Source of the DNA: Proteobacteria bacterium UBA5122 | GTDB lineage: Bacteria; Pseudomonadota; Gammaproteobacteria; Tenderiales; Tenderiaceae | DNA: 64,000 nucleotides | Direction: 5' to 3' | Assembly: GCA_002415485.1 (NCBI GenBank) | Contig: DHYU01000060.1 | Coordinates: 8,181-72,180, forward strand | The notes under the pieces: model-generated | Told to the model about the DNA's origin: nothing | The model's database searches: none | Seen by the model: only the letters and a program-made list of their open reading frames with translations | Part shown: positions 53,640 to 63,177 of the stretch, piece after piece | Position numbering within the stretch: position 1 is the first letter of the stretch | Layout of the letters: each line of letters begins with the position of its first letter | Position numbers and translations under genes: made by a program

Positions 53640-55454
53640 ATGTTTGGGATCGTGTTGAAGATAAAGGCATTAGGACTGTTGTTCGTGTTGGCGCTGAGCG
53701 GGCTGGCGGGGTGCAGTCGTGAAATCGACAACAGTGACGAACATATCATTCCGCCCAGCAGTGATGCCTTTGTCGACAACATCCTGCTCTCGGTCGGTAA
53801 ATTGGATCAGGGCTTTGCGCTGCGTACCCGTGAATATACGGCGTTGGTTGATTATCTGACGACGTCGATACAGATCATCCCCGTCTATCGCGACAAAGAC
53901 GGTGAGGTCACGGTCGAGGGACAACTGGTTGCACATCGGCAGCCCAGTCAGCTGTTGCCACTGAAGGTCGGTAACAACACCATCAAGATGCGATCGTTGT
54001 CTGCGGACCGGCGCAATCACATCGATTATGAAATTGTGATCACCCGCCAGAATGCAACAACCTTTGCCGATGATGCCTATTTCAAGGCGTTGAACGCCGG
54101 TGCAGATGACCAGTTTGGGTATAGTCTGGCGCAGTCGGGTACGACCATGGTGGTTGGGGCGTATCATGAAGACAGTGGTGTAGGTGGGGTCAATAACAGT
54201 GGCGCCGATAACTCGGCATCGGCCAGCGGCGCGGTGTATGTCTTCGACGATGGTGGTGGCGATTGGATACAGCAGGCCTATATCAAGGCACTGGAGACAG
54301 GCGTCAATGATCACTTTGGTTATAGCGTCGCGATTGACGGCAATACGTTGGTGGTCGGCGCACCGGGCGAGGCCAGTGGGGTGGTGGGCGATCGTTTTGA
54401 CAATTCTGCACCGGCGACAGGTGCCGCCTATGTGTTTACCCGCACTGATAAGAACTGGACACAGCGTGCCTATTTGAAGGCTTCGAATATGGGGCTGAAC
54501 GATAATTTTGGCTGGAATGTTGCGATCGATGGCGATTGGATTGCCATTTCTGCCATTGGTGAAGACAGTGCGGCCAGAGGTATCAATGGCGAACAAACGG
54601 ATGATTGCGGTGGCACCAATCTCAATTGTGCGACGGACAGTGGTGCGGTCTATCTGTTTAAGCGCAGCTTCGCCAATAGCCAAGATACGGTGGGGGTGTG
54701 GACGCAGCAAGCCTACATCAAGGCATCAAATACTGCGGCGACAGATCGTTTCGGTTATCGGCTGGCGATGGATGATACCAATTTGATCGTCGGTGCACCC
54801 AATCAGGACACCACCAACACTGATAGCGGTGCAGCCTATGTGTTTGTCAGGTCTGGTGATCAGTGGTCACAGCAGGCCTTTCTCAAGGCGGCAGTCGCAG
54901 ATGCGAGTGATCAGTTTGGCAGTAGTGTCGATATTTGGCAGCACCGCGCGGTGATAGGCGCAGTGGGTGAAGATGGTGCGGTGGTCGGGATCAATCAGGA
55001 CCCGAACGACAATGCCGCAGCCGAGAGCGGCGCGGTGTATGTCTTTAATCGTAGTGGCAGCACCTGGTCGCAGCATTCTTATATCAAGCCGAAGGTTGTT
55101 GGGGCGGGCGATCAGTTTGGCTACAGCGTGTCTTTGGATGTTGATGTGCTGTTGGTAGGCGCACCGTATGAAGATAGTTTTGATGTCGGCATTAATGGTA
55201 ATGCCACGGATAATACGCGTGCGGACAGTGGTGCTGGATATCTCTTTCTTGAGAGCAGCAATGCCTGGGCACAGCAGTTTTATCTCAAACCCTTGCGCGT
55301 AGATAGCCAGGATTTCTTTGGCGGAGCAGTCGCTGTGCATAGCGGCGTCGCTGCGTATGGTTCTATTGGCGAGGCCAATGATCAGGTCGGTATTGATCGC
55401 ACGGTGATCAATAATAATCTGTCGCTCTCAGGAGCGGTATATACCTTCCGCTAA
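53640..55454 (+). CDS. lipoprotein with a cadherin-like beta-sandwich domain followed by an FG-GAP/integrin-alpha-like repeat propeller
   Basis: It has the lipobox 'LSGLAGC', an N-terminal 'LSVGKLDQGF...YEIVITR' module, and about 7-8 repeats of 'D.FG.SVA..G..l.VGA..ED....G......DNSa..sGAVYVF.....W.QQAY.KA'. Confidence 0.75.
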   Translation: MFGIVLKIKALGLLFVLALSGLAGCSREIDNSDEHIIPPSSDAFVDNILLSVGKLDQGFALRTREYTALVDYLTTSIQIIPVYRDKDGEVTVEGQLVAHRQPSQLLPLKVGNNTIKMRSLSADRRNHIDYEIVITRQNATTFADDAYFKALNAGADDQFGYSLAQSGTTMVVGAYHEDSGVGGVNNSGADNSASASGAVYVFDDGGGDWIQQAYIKALETGVNDHFGYSVAIDGNTLVVGAPGEASGVVGDRFDNSAPATGAAYVFTRTDKNWTQRAYLKASNMGLNDNFGWNVAIDGDWIAISAIGEDSAARGINGEQTDDCGGTNLNCATDSGAVYLFKRSFANSQDTVGVWTQQAYIKASNTAATDRFGYRLAMDDTNLIVGAPNQDTTNTDSGAAYVFVRSGDQWSQQAFLKAAVADASDQFGSSVDIWQHRAVIGAVGEDGAVVGINQDPNDNAAAESGAVYVFNRSGSTWSQHSYIKPKVVGAGDQFGYSVSLDVDVLLVGAPYEDSFDVGINGNATDNTRADSGAGYLFLESSNAWAQQFYLKPLRVDSQDFFGGAVAVHSGVAAYGSIGEANDQVGIDRTVINNNLSLSGAVYTFR

Positions 55455-55457
55455 AGA

Positions 55458-56894
55458 TTAAAACGTGGGTGCGATGGTGCGGGCGTATTGCTCGAGCTCA
55501 TCCAGGATTCGGTGATCGCTGGCCGTGATCTCGTCTGCCTGTCTCAAGTGGTTTACTTCACAGAAAAATTCTTCCAGGGTCAGGATGCCTTTGCCTTTTT
55601 CGGTCAGGCGTTGGGCGCGGTATTCCTGCCATTGTGCCTGTTCGGCAGGTGACAGGGTTTCCGGATAGCTGCGGCCGCGCATGCGGAACAGGAGTTCTTT
55701 GAGGCGGGCATCTTCAAAGGTGGCAGGATAATTCGCCAACTCGTCAGGGCTGAGGCAGTGGACCTCAAGCATGCGCTGACGATCATGATCACTGAAGAAG
55801 GGGCCGCCGTAGAGCATCTGGTCCGGATCGGTGCGCGGTTCGAACTGGGTCTCGGAGAATACCTTTTGAATCTTCTTTGCCAGACCTGGTTGGCTCTTGA
55901 TCATGTCGAGATGGGCGCGGCAGACGTTGAGATCGATGCCATAGCGTTTGGCGGCCTTGGCGTCGATGGTCATGAATGGAGCGATCACCGGGCACTTGTT
56001 GGCATGCACTGTTTTGAGCGGGATGCGTTCAACGCCATCGGGCAGGTCGTCGTTGCTGGTGAAGATGCGCTCGTGGATCTTGGTCGGGTTGAGATTGATC
56101 AGGTCTTTGGGGTCGACGCTGAGATCGTAGACGATGATGCCGTTTTTGTTGGTCGGATGCGCGGCCACTGGCACGACGACCGCCATGTTGCCCTTCTCGA
56201 CCGGATACATGCCGGAGATGTGCAACACCGGTTTTTGTTCACGCAGATCCAGCAGTTTGAAGATCTTGTTCTTGCTGCGATTCTCGAAGGCGAAGTCGAA
56301 CAGCTTGGGTTGTTTGTCTTTGATCAGCTTGGCGACGGCGATGGTGGCGTAGACATCAGACAGCGCATCATGTGCCGAGGCATGGCTGATGCCGTTGGCC
56401 ACGGTCAGGTCCTCAAGGCGCACACTGGGGCGGCCTTCTTCGGTGGTCGGCCACTCAATGCCTTCCGGTCGCAGCGCGCGCGTCATGCGCACGATATCGA
56501 GCAGATCCCAGCGTGAGCAACCGTTCTGCCACTCGCGGGCATAGGCGTCGTGCAGATTGCGGTAGAGCGTATAACGGGTGAACTCGTCGTCGAAACGCAG
56601 ATTGTTATACCCGAGCACGCAGGTGTTGGGTTGCGCGAATTCGGCATTGATACGGCGGATGAACTCGGCCTCCGGGATGCCCTTGGCCAGTGCCTTTTGC
56701 GGCGTGATGCCGGTGATCAGGCATGAGGTCGGGTTGGGGATGAAATCGTCGGCCGGTTTGCAGTACATCATCAGCGGTTCGCCAACGATGTTCAGATCCA
56801 TGTCGGTGCGGACACCGGCAAACTGCACCAGACGGTCGGTCATGGGATTGAGACCAAAGGCCTCGTAGTCATACCAATAGAAGGTCGCAGTCAT
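55458..56894 (-). CDS. sbcB: exodeoxyribonuclease I
   Basis: 'FYWYDYEAFG' and 'AHDALSDV' are DEDDh motifs. ATG at 56894. Confidence 0.9.
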   Translation of the reverse strand: MTATFYWYDYEAFGLNPMTDRLVQFAGVRTDMDLNIVGEPLMMYCKPADDFIPNPTSCLITGITPQKALAKGIPEAEFIRRINAEFAQPNTCVLGYNNLRFDDEFTRYTLYRNLHDAYAREWQNGCSRWDLLDIVRMTRALRPEGIEWPTTEEGRPSVRLEDLTVANGISHASAHDALSDVYATIAVAKLIKDKQPKLFDFAFENRSKNKIFKLLDLREQKPVLHISGMYPVEKGNMAVVVPVAAHPTNKNGIIVYDLSVDPKDLINLNPTKIHERIFTSNDDLPDGVERIPLKTVHANKCPVIAPFMTIDAKAAKRYGIDLNVCRAHLDMIKSQPGLAKKIQKVFSETQFEPRTDPDQMLYGGPFFSDHDRQRMLEVHCLSPDELANYPATFEDARLKELLFRMRGRSYPETLSPAEQAQWQEYRAQRLTEKGKGILTLEEFFCEVNHLRQADEITASDHRILDELEQYARTIAPTF

Positions 56895-56956
56895 CGGCAG
56901 GTTCGCGTTGTTGAATCCATGTGTTGCGACTGTATCACATCGTTGCAAACAGGGGG

Positions 56957-57463
56957 CTATTCAGTCGGGCCCATGTATTCAAATTGTCGCAGCTGTTGCC
57001 GGATGTAGTCGAATACGTGCTGCATGCCAGGTGGGCCGTAGGCCTCGACGGAGACTTTGTCGCTAAATTTCCCGTTTTCCTTGATGCGGACATACATCAA
57101 TAGGGGAATCTTGTGATTGGTGGACAATTGCTTGAGGTGATTGACGGTGCGGGTCGGCAGCTTGGAGCCCGCCGGGACCACCTTGATGGCGTGGACGCCG
57201 CTGTTGGGGTCAATGATGCCATTGGCGATGGCCTTGGAACGATCCGGGCGCATCCAGTCCGGAAAGGCCTCAGGATTGATCAGCCACAGGCATCTGAAAT
57301 TACGGCATACCTCGGGGCGTTCGTCGTAGCAGTTACAGCCTTGGTCGGTGATATGGGGGCAGGCGCGACCTGGATACATGTCGGTGTCGAAGATTTTGGC
57401 GCGCAGCCAGCCCTGGCAGCAGGCTGTGCAGTCACCACATGAGCGTTGAGGTGTGTCTGACAT
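56957..57463 (-). CDS. YkgJ/UPF0153-like cysteine-cluster protein (second copy in the window)
   Basis: 'CGDCTACCQGWL', 'CPHITDQGCNCYDERPEVCRNFRCLW' motifs. I chose the ATG at 57463, which is preceded by AGGGGAAG. Confidence 0.6.
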   Translation of the reverse strand: MSDTPQRSCGDCTACCQGWLRAKIFDTDMYPGRACPHITDQGCNCYDERPEVCRNFRCLWLINPEAFPDWMRPDRSKAIANGIIDPNSGVHAIKVVPAGSKLPTRTVNHLKQLSTNHKIPLLMYVRIKENGKFSDKVSVEAYGPPGMQHVFDYIRQQLRQFEYMGPTE

Positions 57464-57652
57464 GTCTTCCCCTGTTGTTTTATTTGTTGCTTGCATGCTA
57501 GCACATTAATCTGCTGCGGCAGATGATCAACAATCTCAAGTTGAGGATGTATTGACGGGGACTTTACCGGCTGAACGAAGGTACTTCGGTTAGAATTGAC
57601 AGTGTTGGTTGAGTTTGTATTTTGTGGTCTCGCACAGAGAGTAAATGATTAT

Positions 57653-58513
57653 ATGTTGAGTTATCGTCACGCGTTTCATGCGGGTAATTTTGCCGATGTG
57701 CTGAAGCACATGGTGCTGGTGACATTGATCCAGTCGCTGCGGCGCAAGGAAACGCCATTTTTTTATCTGGATACCCATGCCGGGATTGGCAGTTACGATC
57801 TGCAGGCGGCGATGGCGCGCAAGACGGCCGAGTGGCAGGCGGGGATCGGTGTGATCTGGCAGGCGGGAGATGCACCCCCTGTCGTGGCGGATTATCTGGC
57901 CCAGGTGCGTGCGTTTAATGGTGAGGGTGAGTTGCGTCGGTATCCCGGCTCGCCGTTGCTGGTGCGGCCCTTGTTGCGCGACAAGGATCGCATGCGGTTG
58001 TGTGAACTGCACCCGCGTGACATTGAACAGTTACAGCAGGTGTTTCAAGGCGAGCGACGGGCGCAGCTGGCGCGTGAGGATGGGTTTGCCGCGCTCAAAT
58101 CTGCCCTGCCGCCACCGCAGCGGCGCGGCCTGGTCCTGATCGATCCGCCGTATGAAGTAAAGACGGACTATCAAACCGTCGCCGATGCACTGCAGCAGGG
58201 GCTCAAGCGTTTCGCGACCGGGATGTATGCGGTGTGGTATCCGGTAGTGGATCGCGCCCAGATCGAGCGGATGCTGCGGCGTATCCGTGATGTGGCGGCC
58301 GACGGCGGTGCCAAGTCTGTATTGGTGGTCGAACAGTGTCTGCGCCCGGACGAGCAGATGGGCATGAGTGGCAGCGGCATGGTGGTCATCAATCCGCCGT
58401 GGCAGTTTGATGAGCAGATGCGCGCGGCGCTCGATTGGTTGCTACCGCGTTTGAGTGAGGACGGGCAGGGCGTCAATCGTTTGCAGTGGCTGATGGCTGA
58501 GGCGGCTGGGTAG
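57653..58513 (+). CDS. rlmJ: 23S rRNA (adenine2030-N6)-methyltransferase
   Basis: It starts 'MLSYRHAFHAGNFADVLKH' and has 'LIDPPYE'. Confidence 0.9.
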   Translation: MLSYRHAFHAGNFADVLKHMVLVTLIQSLRRKETPFFYLDTHAGIGSYDLQAAMARKTAEWQAGIGVIWQAGDAPPVVADYLAQVRAFNGEGELRRYPGSPLLVRPLLRDKDRMRLCELHPRDIEQLQQVFQGERRAQLAREDGFAALKSALPPPQRRGLVLIDPPYEVKTDYQTVADALQQGLKRFATGMYAVWYPVVDRAQIERMLRRIRDVAADGGAKSVLVVEQCLRPDEQMGMSGSGMVVINPPWQFDEQMRAALDWLLPRLSEDGQGVNRLQWLMAEAAG

Positions 58514-58901
58514 CAAACGCAAGCCGACCGATACCGGCCTGTTGCAGCTCACTCATGGTGGCGGCGATGTCCTGATAGTGGGTGTAGGCGTCGGCATTAA
58601 AACGCACGACGAGATTGGGTTCGCTGCTGAGCCGGGCCTGCAGCTGCGTAATCAACTGTTCGCTGCTGACCGGCTGCTGTTCGAGCAATAGCCGACCGTC
58701 GGCGGTCAGCGTCAGTTCGGCCACCTGCGGCACCTGCATCGGCGGCGCGGCGGCCTGCGGCAGATTGACGGCCAGCGCCTGCGGCAACACAGGGGCGAGC
58801 AGGATAAAGATCACCAGCAGCACCAGCATCACGTCGACCAGCGGCGTGACGTTGATTTCTGATAAGGGCTCGTCGTGGTTGTTGAGTGGACCGGCGCTCA
58901 T
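58473..58901 (-). CDS. exbD: ExbD/TolR-family biopolymer transport protein
   Basis: 'INVTPLVDVMLVLLVIFIL' with the conserved Asp. 142 aa. Confidence 0.85.
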   Translation of the reverse strand: MSAGPLNNHDEPLSEINVTPLVDVMLVLLVIFILLAPVLPQALAVNLPQAAAPPMQVPQVAELTLTADGRLLLEQQPVSSEQLITQLQARLSSEPNLVVRFNADAYTHYQDIAATMSELQQAGIGRLAFATQPPQPSATAND

Positions 58902-59551
58902 GCGGTCTGTGTCTCCAGTTTGGCTGCGGTCAGCGGTGCCGGGTGATTGCTGAGCAGGTGTGGTTTGCGCAGCAGGGCCTTGGCGTTGATCTCGATTAGT
59001 GTGTGTAGTTTACGCAGACGTCGCACCAGCAGGTTGTAGCCGATGACGGCCGGGATGGCGGCGAACAGGCCCATCGCGGTGGCGGCCAGCGCCTCGCCAA
59101 CGGGACCGGAGATCATATCCAGTGACACGCCCTGGCTGGCGTCCATCTTTTGCAGTGCCAACATGATGCCCCACACGGTGCCGAGCAGGCCGATGAACGG
59201 CGCGCTGTTGCCGATGGTGGCGAGGATGGTCAGGTGATTCTCCAGTTCCAGCCGTTTGCGGATGAACAGGTCCTGCCAGGTGTCGCTGCGGTGATCGTCA
59301 TCGGTCTGTAACAGCAGCTGGGCGGTCAGTACCGAATCGGCCGCGGGCAGCCTGCCCTGTGGTTGGCGCAGGAACTGTTCACATAGCTGCTCTTGTTTGC
59401 CCAGACGTTGAAACAGCAGGCTCTTGTAGATGATGACCACCCACGACAGCAGCGACAGCGTGATCAGCGTGAAGAACACGCCTTTGACGACGATGTCGGC
59501 CTCGCCCCACCAACTGAACCAGATGGACGAACTGTGTATGGCATTGCTCAT
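58898..59551 (-). CDS. exbB: ExbB (MotA/TolQ/ExbB proton channel)
   Basis: 'APFIGLLGTVWGIM' and 'GEALAATAMGLFAAIPAVIGYN' motifs. It overlaps exbD by 4 nt. Confidence 0.85.
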   Translation of the reverse strand: MSNAIHSSSIWFSWWGEADIVVKGVFFTLITLSLLSWVVIIYKSLLFQRLGKQEQLCEQFLRQPQGRLPAADSVLTAQLLLQTDDDHRSDTWQDLFIRKRLELENHLTILATIGNSAPFIGLLGTVWGIMLALQKMDASQGVSLDMISGPVGEALAATAMGLFAAIPAVIGYNLLVRRLRKLHTLIEINAKALLRKPHLLSNHPAPLTAAKLETQTA

Positions 59552-59566
59552 GATGGACTCCGTTAT

Positions 59567-60292
59567 TTAATCGTTGAGGGCGAAGCGGATCGGCACTTCG
59601 ACCGTGGCGGCGATGGCGATGCCGTTGTTGGCGGCGGGCACAAAACGCCATTTTTCGACGGCGCTGCGGGCGGCTTGATCGAGCACACCGTGGCCGGAAC
59701 TCTGTTTGACGGCGACGTTCTTCGCCTCGCCGTGGGCGCTGACCAGGACTTCCAGCAGGACTACGCCTTCCAGTTTGCGCCGCCGCGCCGAGTGCGGGTA
59801 GTGCGGTTTGGCGTTGTTGAGATAGGCCGCGTCGCTGCGCGGTGATTGCATGGGTTCGCGTATCGTGGGGGCGGCCTCTGTCACCGCCGCCACGGATGGT
59901 GAAGAAAAGGCCTCTTGCGCCACCGTGGCGACCGTTGTCTGCTCGACCTGAGGATCTGGAGGTTCCATACGGGGTTCGGGTGCAGGGCTGGGTTGTACGG
60001 TTTGTTCGACCACCGGCTCGGGTATGAGTGGTTCCGGTGGCGCGGGTTCAAGAGGCAAAACAGGTTCCGAAACCGGGGGCGGCGGCGCGACGGTGGGCTG
60101 ACTGGGCAGTGCCGTAGGCGGCGGTGGTGTGTTGGCCGCCAGCATCACCATCTCGAAGCCGAGAGGGCCGTCATCAAGGTGTGGTGTCTTGGTGGGGGCC
60201 GACAGCAGGCCGATGGCGACGGCGCTGTGTACCACCAGCGCCGTCGTCAGACTGAGGCCAAGCCAAATCTGTTTGTCGCGTTGCCCAATCAT
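59567..60292 (-). CDS. tonB: TonB energy transducer
   Basis: It has a TM anchor, a Pro-rich spacer ('PPPPTALPSQPTVAPPPPVSEPVLP') and a C-terminal 'YPHSARRRKLEGVVLLEVLV'. Confidence 0.8.
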   Translation of the reverse strand: MIGQRDKQIWLGLSLTTALVVHSAVAIGLLSAPTKTPHLDDGPLGFEMVMLAANTPPPPTALPSQPTVAPPPPVSEPVLPLEPAPPEPLIPEPVVEQTVQPSPAPEPRMEPPDPQVEQTTVATVAQEAFSSPSVAAVTEAAPTIREPMQSPRSDAAYLNNAKPHYPHSARRRKLEGVVLLEVLVSAHGEAKNVAVKQSSGHGVLDQAARSAVEKWRFVPAANNGIAIAATVEVPIRFALND

Positions 60293-60301
60293 GACCCTAT
60301 G

Positions 60302-61018
60302 CTATTGCGTGCGAAACACCAGGTTGGCGGTGACGGATTTCTCATCGGCGTCCGGGTGATTGTCGAGCGCATAGCGGTGGTAGGCGGCGATGTAGTGTTT
60401 GTCCACCGCGGCCAAGGGCAGACTGGCGCGGCCGTGTTGGTCTGTTTTGTACGTGTTGTCGTCACCGTGGACTTCGATCACGGCCTCGGCCAGTGGTTTG
60501 CCGTTGTACAGCACTTGCACGGGCAGGATGTCGCCGGCCTTGGCGGTGAGCGGGTTGCTCAGTGGCACGATCTCCATGCTCAGGCCGACCGGTTGTTTGA
60601 ACTGTTCGTTCCAGCCGAGCAGGTTCTTGTTGTACTTCAATGAGTGAGACGCGCTGTCATATTTTTTGAAATGGCTTTTGGATTGATTTTCCCAGGTGTC
60701 GGCGTCGATCTTGGTCCAATAGCCGTTGTCGTATTCGATGGTGATCATCGCCGCGGCCTGACGTGGTTTGACGGTCATGCGGTTGTCACTGACCTTGGTC
60801 TCGGTGTTGATGCTCTTGCCCTTTAGGTCGTAGGCGCTGATCTGTTTGACCTTGGCGGGGTCATAGGTTTCTGGTTCACCCATGTGGCCATAGACCAGGG
60901 GCAGGGCAGCGTCGCTGGGACCGGCCTGATCGGTGGCGAGCCAGACGTCGTGGGCCTGTGCGATGTTGGCGCTGAGGCCGAGGGCGGCGGCGATGAGGTA
61001 CGGGGTTGATCTGTTCAT
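60302..61018 (-). CDS. DUF4198 periplasmic protein (metal-uptake accessory, possibly Ni/Co-type)
   Basis: It has a signal peptide ending 'AQAHDVWL' and an all-beta pattern. It is located between a TonB-dependent receptor and tonB. Confidence 0.65.
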   Translation of the reverse strand: MNRSTPYLIAAALGLSANIAQAHDVWLATDQAGPSDAALPLVYGHMGEPETYDPAKVKQISAYDLKGKSINTETKVSDNRMTVKPRQAAAMITIEYDNGYWTKIDADTWENQSKSHFKKYDSASHSLKYNKNLLGWNEQFKQPVGLSMEIVPLSNPLTAKAGDILPVQVLYNGKPLAEAVIEVHGDDNTYKTDQHGRASLPLAAVDKHYIAAYHRYALDNHPDADEKSVTANLVFRTQ

Positions 61019-61072
61019 GTGTCGATTCCTTGTTCTATGTAGCCCCCGCAGTGCGGGGGCGAGACGTGATGT

Positions 61073-63139
61073 TTAGTAGTTGAGGGCGACGCCCATCGTG
61101 TAGTTGGTGCCGGGGGCGGGCGCGTAGTTACGCGTGCCGTAACCGGCCCAGATCGCCTCGGCGTAGTCTTCGTCGGTCAGGTTGTTGATGTCGAAGTACC
61201 AACGCAGGCTGCGGCCCTGGTCGTAACGGGTGTTGTAGAAGACACCGGCGTTGATCAGGTCGTAACCGGCATAGGTGTCGGTGTTGTTGTCATTGAGGTA
61301 GGACTCACCCAGTTGCCGCCAACTGACACGACCGCCCCAGCCTTGCTCAGGCGCATATTTGAGGCTCAGCGTGGTGATGGTGTCTGGCAGGCCGGTCAGT
61401 TCTTTGCCGACAAGGCTGCTGTCGGGATTGCTGAGGATCTCGGTGTCGTGGAAGGCCGTGATCAGGCCGAGCTCCAGGTGCTCGATCGGTGTGTAATAAC
61501 GCACTTCGGCCTCAAGACCGGCGCGGCGGGTCTCGCCGACATTTCGGAAGCTGCCGGAACCGACCGGGTCTTCGAGGATCTCGTCGGAGCTGTCGAGGAT
61601 GTAGTAGGCGGCGTCGAACAACCAATCCTGATGGCGGGTGATCGTCGCACCGACTTCGTATTGCCAGTATTCAACGGTGTCGACGTTCAAGGTGGCGTCG
61701 TATTTGGCCTCGCCGTCAGGCAAGGCAAAGCCGTTGCTGATGCTGGCGCGGGCGTCGATGCCGTCGCTGAGGGTGGAGCGCAGGCCCAGCTTGGGGCTGA
61801 CGTGGTCGTAGTCCTGCAGATTGTTATTGCTTGGTGTTTTCGTAGGATCGTTGTTGGCATAGCTGCCGCCGAAGCTGTCATAACGCAGGCCGAGCACCGG
61901 GCGGAATTTGGGGCTCAGTTGCCAGTCGGCCTGGCCGAAGACCGACAGTGTATCGATGTCGAACAGGCGGTCTTGCGTCTGGGCGGTGCGTACACGGTTG
62001 CTGGTGCTCCAGCGTTTCCATTCAGTCTCTTCATTGTATTGCTCGATGCCGGCGACCCAGTGCACGGGCGCGCCGCTGAGCATGTGGCTGCCATTGAGGC
62101 TGGCGCCGAGGGCGAGGACGTCACGGTCGTAGAAGCGTTCGCTCTGACCACCGGCGGTGTAGCCGAACTTGGCAAAACGGGTGAACTCGTTTTGGGTGCC
62201 GTAGGTGAACAGCAGCAGTTTGAGCTGGTTGTTGATCATGTGGTTGAAGTCGAGGCGCTGGGCGTAAAAACGCTTTTCGCCGCCGTCGGCCTCAGCATTG
62301 ACGGATTGCTGGTGGCGACGGCCTTTATCGTTGAACTGGTCTTCCGGGATGTAGCCGGGGGCATCCCATTGGCCGGCGTGTGCGCGCAGCGAGACAGCGA
62401 TGTCGGACTTGGGTGACAGCTCATAACCGATGCGGCCGGCAACGGTGTTTTTGGTGTAGGCCGAGTTGTCACGCCAACCTGCGGTGTCGTAGGCCTGCAC
62501 GGCAAAGTTGGTCTCGACGGGGCCGAACTGGCTGCCTGCGGCGACCTGGGTGTCGAGGGTGCCATAGGAGCCGGCCGAGACGTCGATGGTTTGGTATTCG
62601 CCGCCCTTGCGGGTGGTGAAGTCGAGTACGCCGCCGCGGGCATAGTTGCCGTACAGGGCGGAGACCGGGCCTTTGTGTACGGCCAGTTGTTGCAGCTCCA
62701 GCGGGATGATGATGTTGGTGTCGGCATAGCCGTCAGCGTGCGATTCGCCCTGGTTAAGGCTGATGCCGTCGAGGCTGACGCCGGCATCGCTGCCGTGGCC
62801 GCCGCCGGTGAAGCCGCGGATGGTGAAGGTGTCGGCGACGCCGCCCTGGCGGTAGGCGCCGATGTCGACGCCGGGCACTTTTTCAATCAGGCGCAGTGGT
62901 TGTTCCAGGCGCTCGCTGTGGATGGTATCGGCGTCGATCACGTTGACGGTGAAGGCCCCATCGGCGGCCGAAATGGCCTCGCCTTTGACGGTGATCTCGC
63001 CCAGACGGTTTGTCTCGGCATGGGCGATGCCTATGCTGCCAGGCAGCAGGCCCGCGATCAGGCAGGTCAGCACTTTTCTTCGGCTCGGCGCGAGGCGTGC
63101 GGCTGGGGGATTCAGGGGCAGCAGGGTACGTCGGGTCAT
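61073..63139 (-). CDS. TonB-dependent outer-membrane receptor
   Basis: It has a signal peptide, a plug ('ITVKGE', 'IRGF') and a 22-strand barrel pattern. The C-terminus ends in an aromatic residue ('MGVALNY'). Confidence 0.9.
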   Translation of the reverse strand: MTRRTLLPLNPPAARLAPSRRKVLTCLIAGLLPGSIGIAHAETNRLGEITVKGEAISAADGAFTVNVIDADTIHSERLEQPLRLIEKVPGVDIGAYRQGGVADTFTIRGFTGGGHGSDAGVSLDGISLNQGESHADGYADTNIIIPLELQQLAVHKGPVSALYGNYARGGVLDFTTRKGGEYQTIDVSAGSYGTLDTQVAAGSQFGPVETNFAVQAYDTAGWRDNSAYTKNTVAGRIGYELSPKSDIAVSLRAHAGQWDAPGYIPEDQFNDKGRRHQQSVNAEADGGEKRFYAQRLDFNHMINNQLKLLLFTYGTQNEFTRFAKFGYTAGGQSERFYDRDVLALGASLNGSHMLSGAPVHWVAGIEQYNEETEWKRWSTSNRVRTAQTQDRLFDIDTLSVFGQADWQLSPKFRPVLGLRYDSFGGSYANNDPTKTPSNNNLQDYDHVSPKLGLRSTLSDGIDARASISNGFALPDGEAKYDATLNVDTVEYWQYEVGATITRHQDWLFDAAYYILDSSDEILEDPVGSGSFRNVGETRRAGLEAEVRYYTPIEHLELGLITAFHDTEILSNPDSSLVGKELTGLPDTITTLSLKYAPEQGWGGRVSWRQLGESYLNDNNTDTYAGYDLINAGVFYNTRYDQGRSLRWYFDINNLTDEDYAEAIWAGYGTRNYAPAPGTNYTMGVALNY

Positions 63140-63177
63140 GCGTCTAGTCTCCTTACGGGCGTGTTTATTAATCTGAT

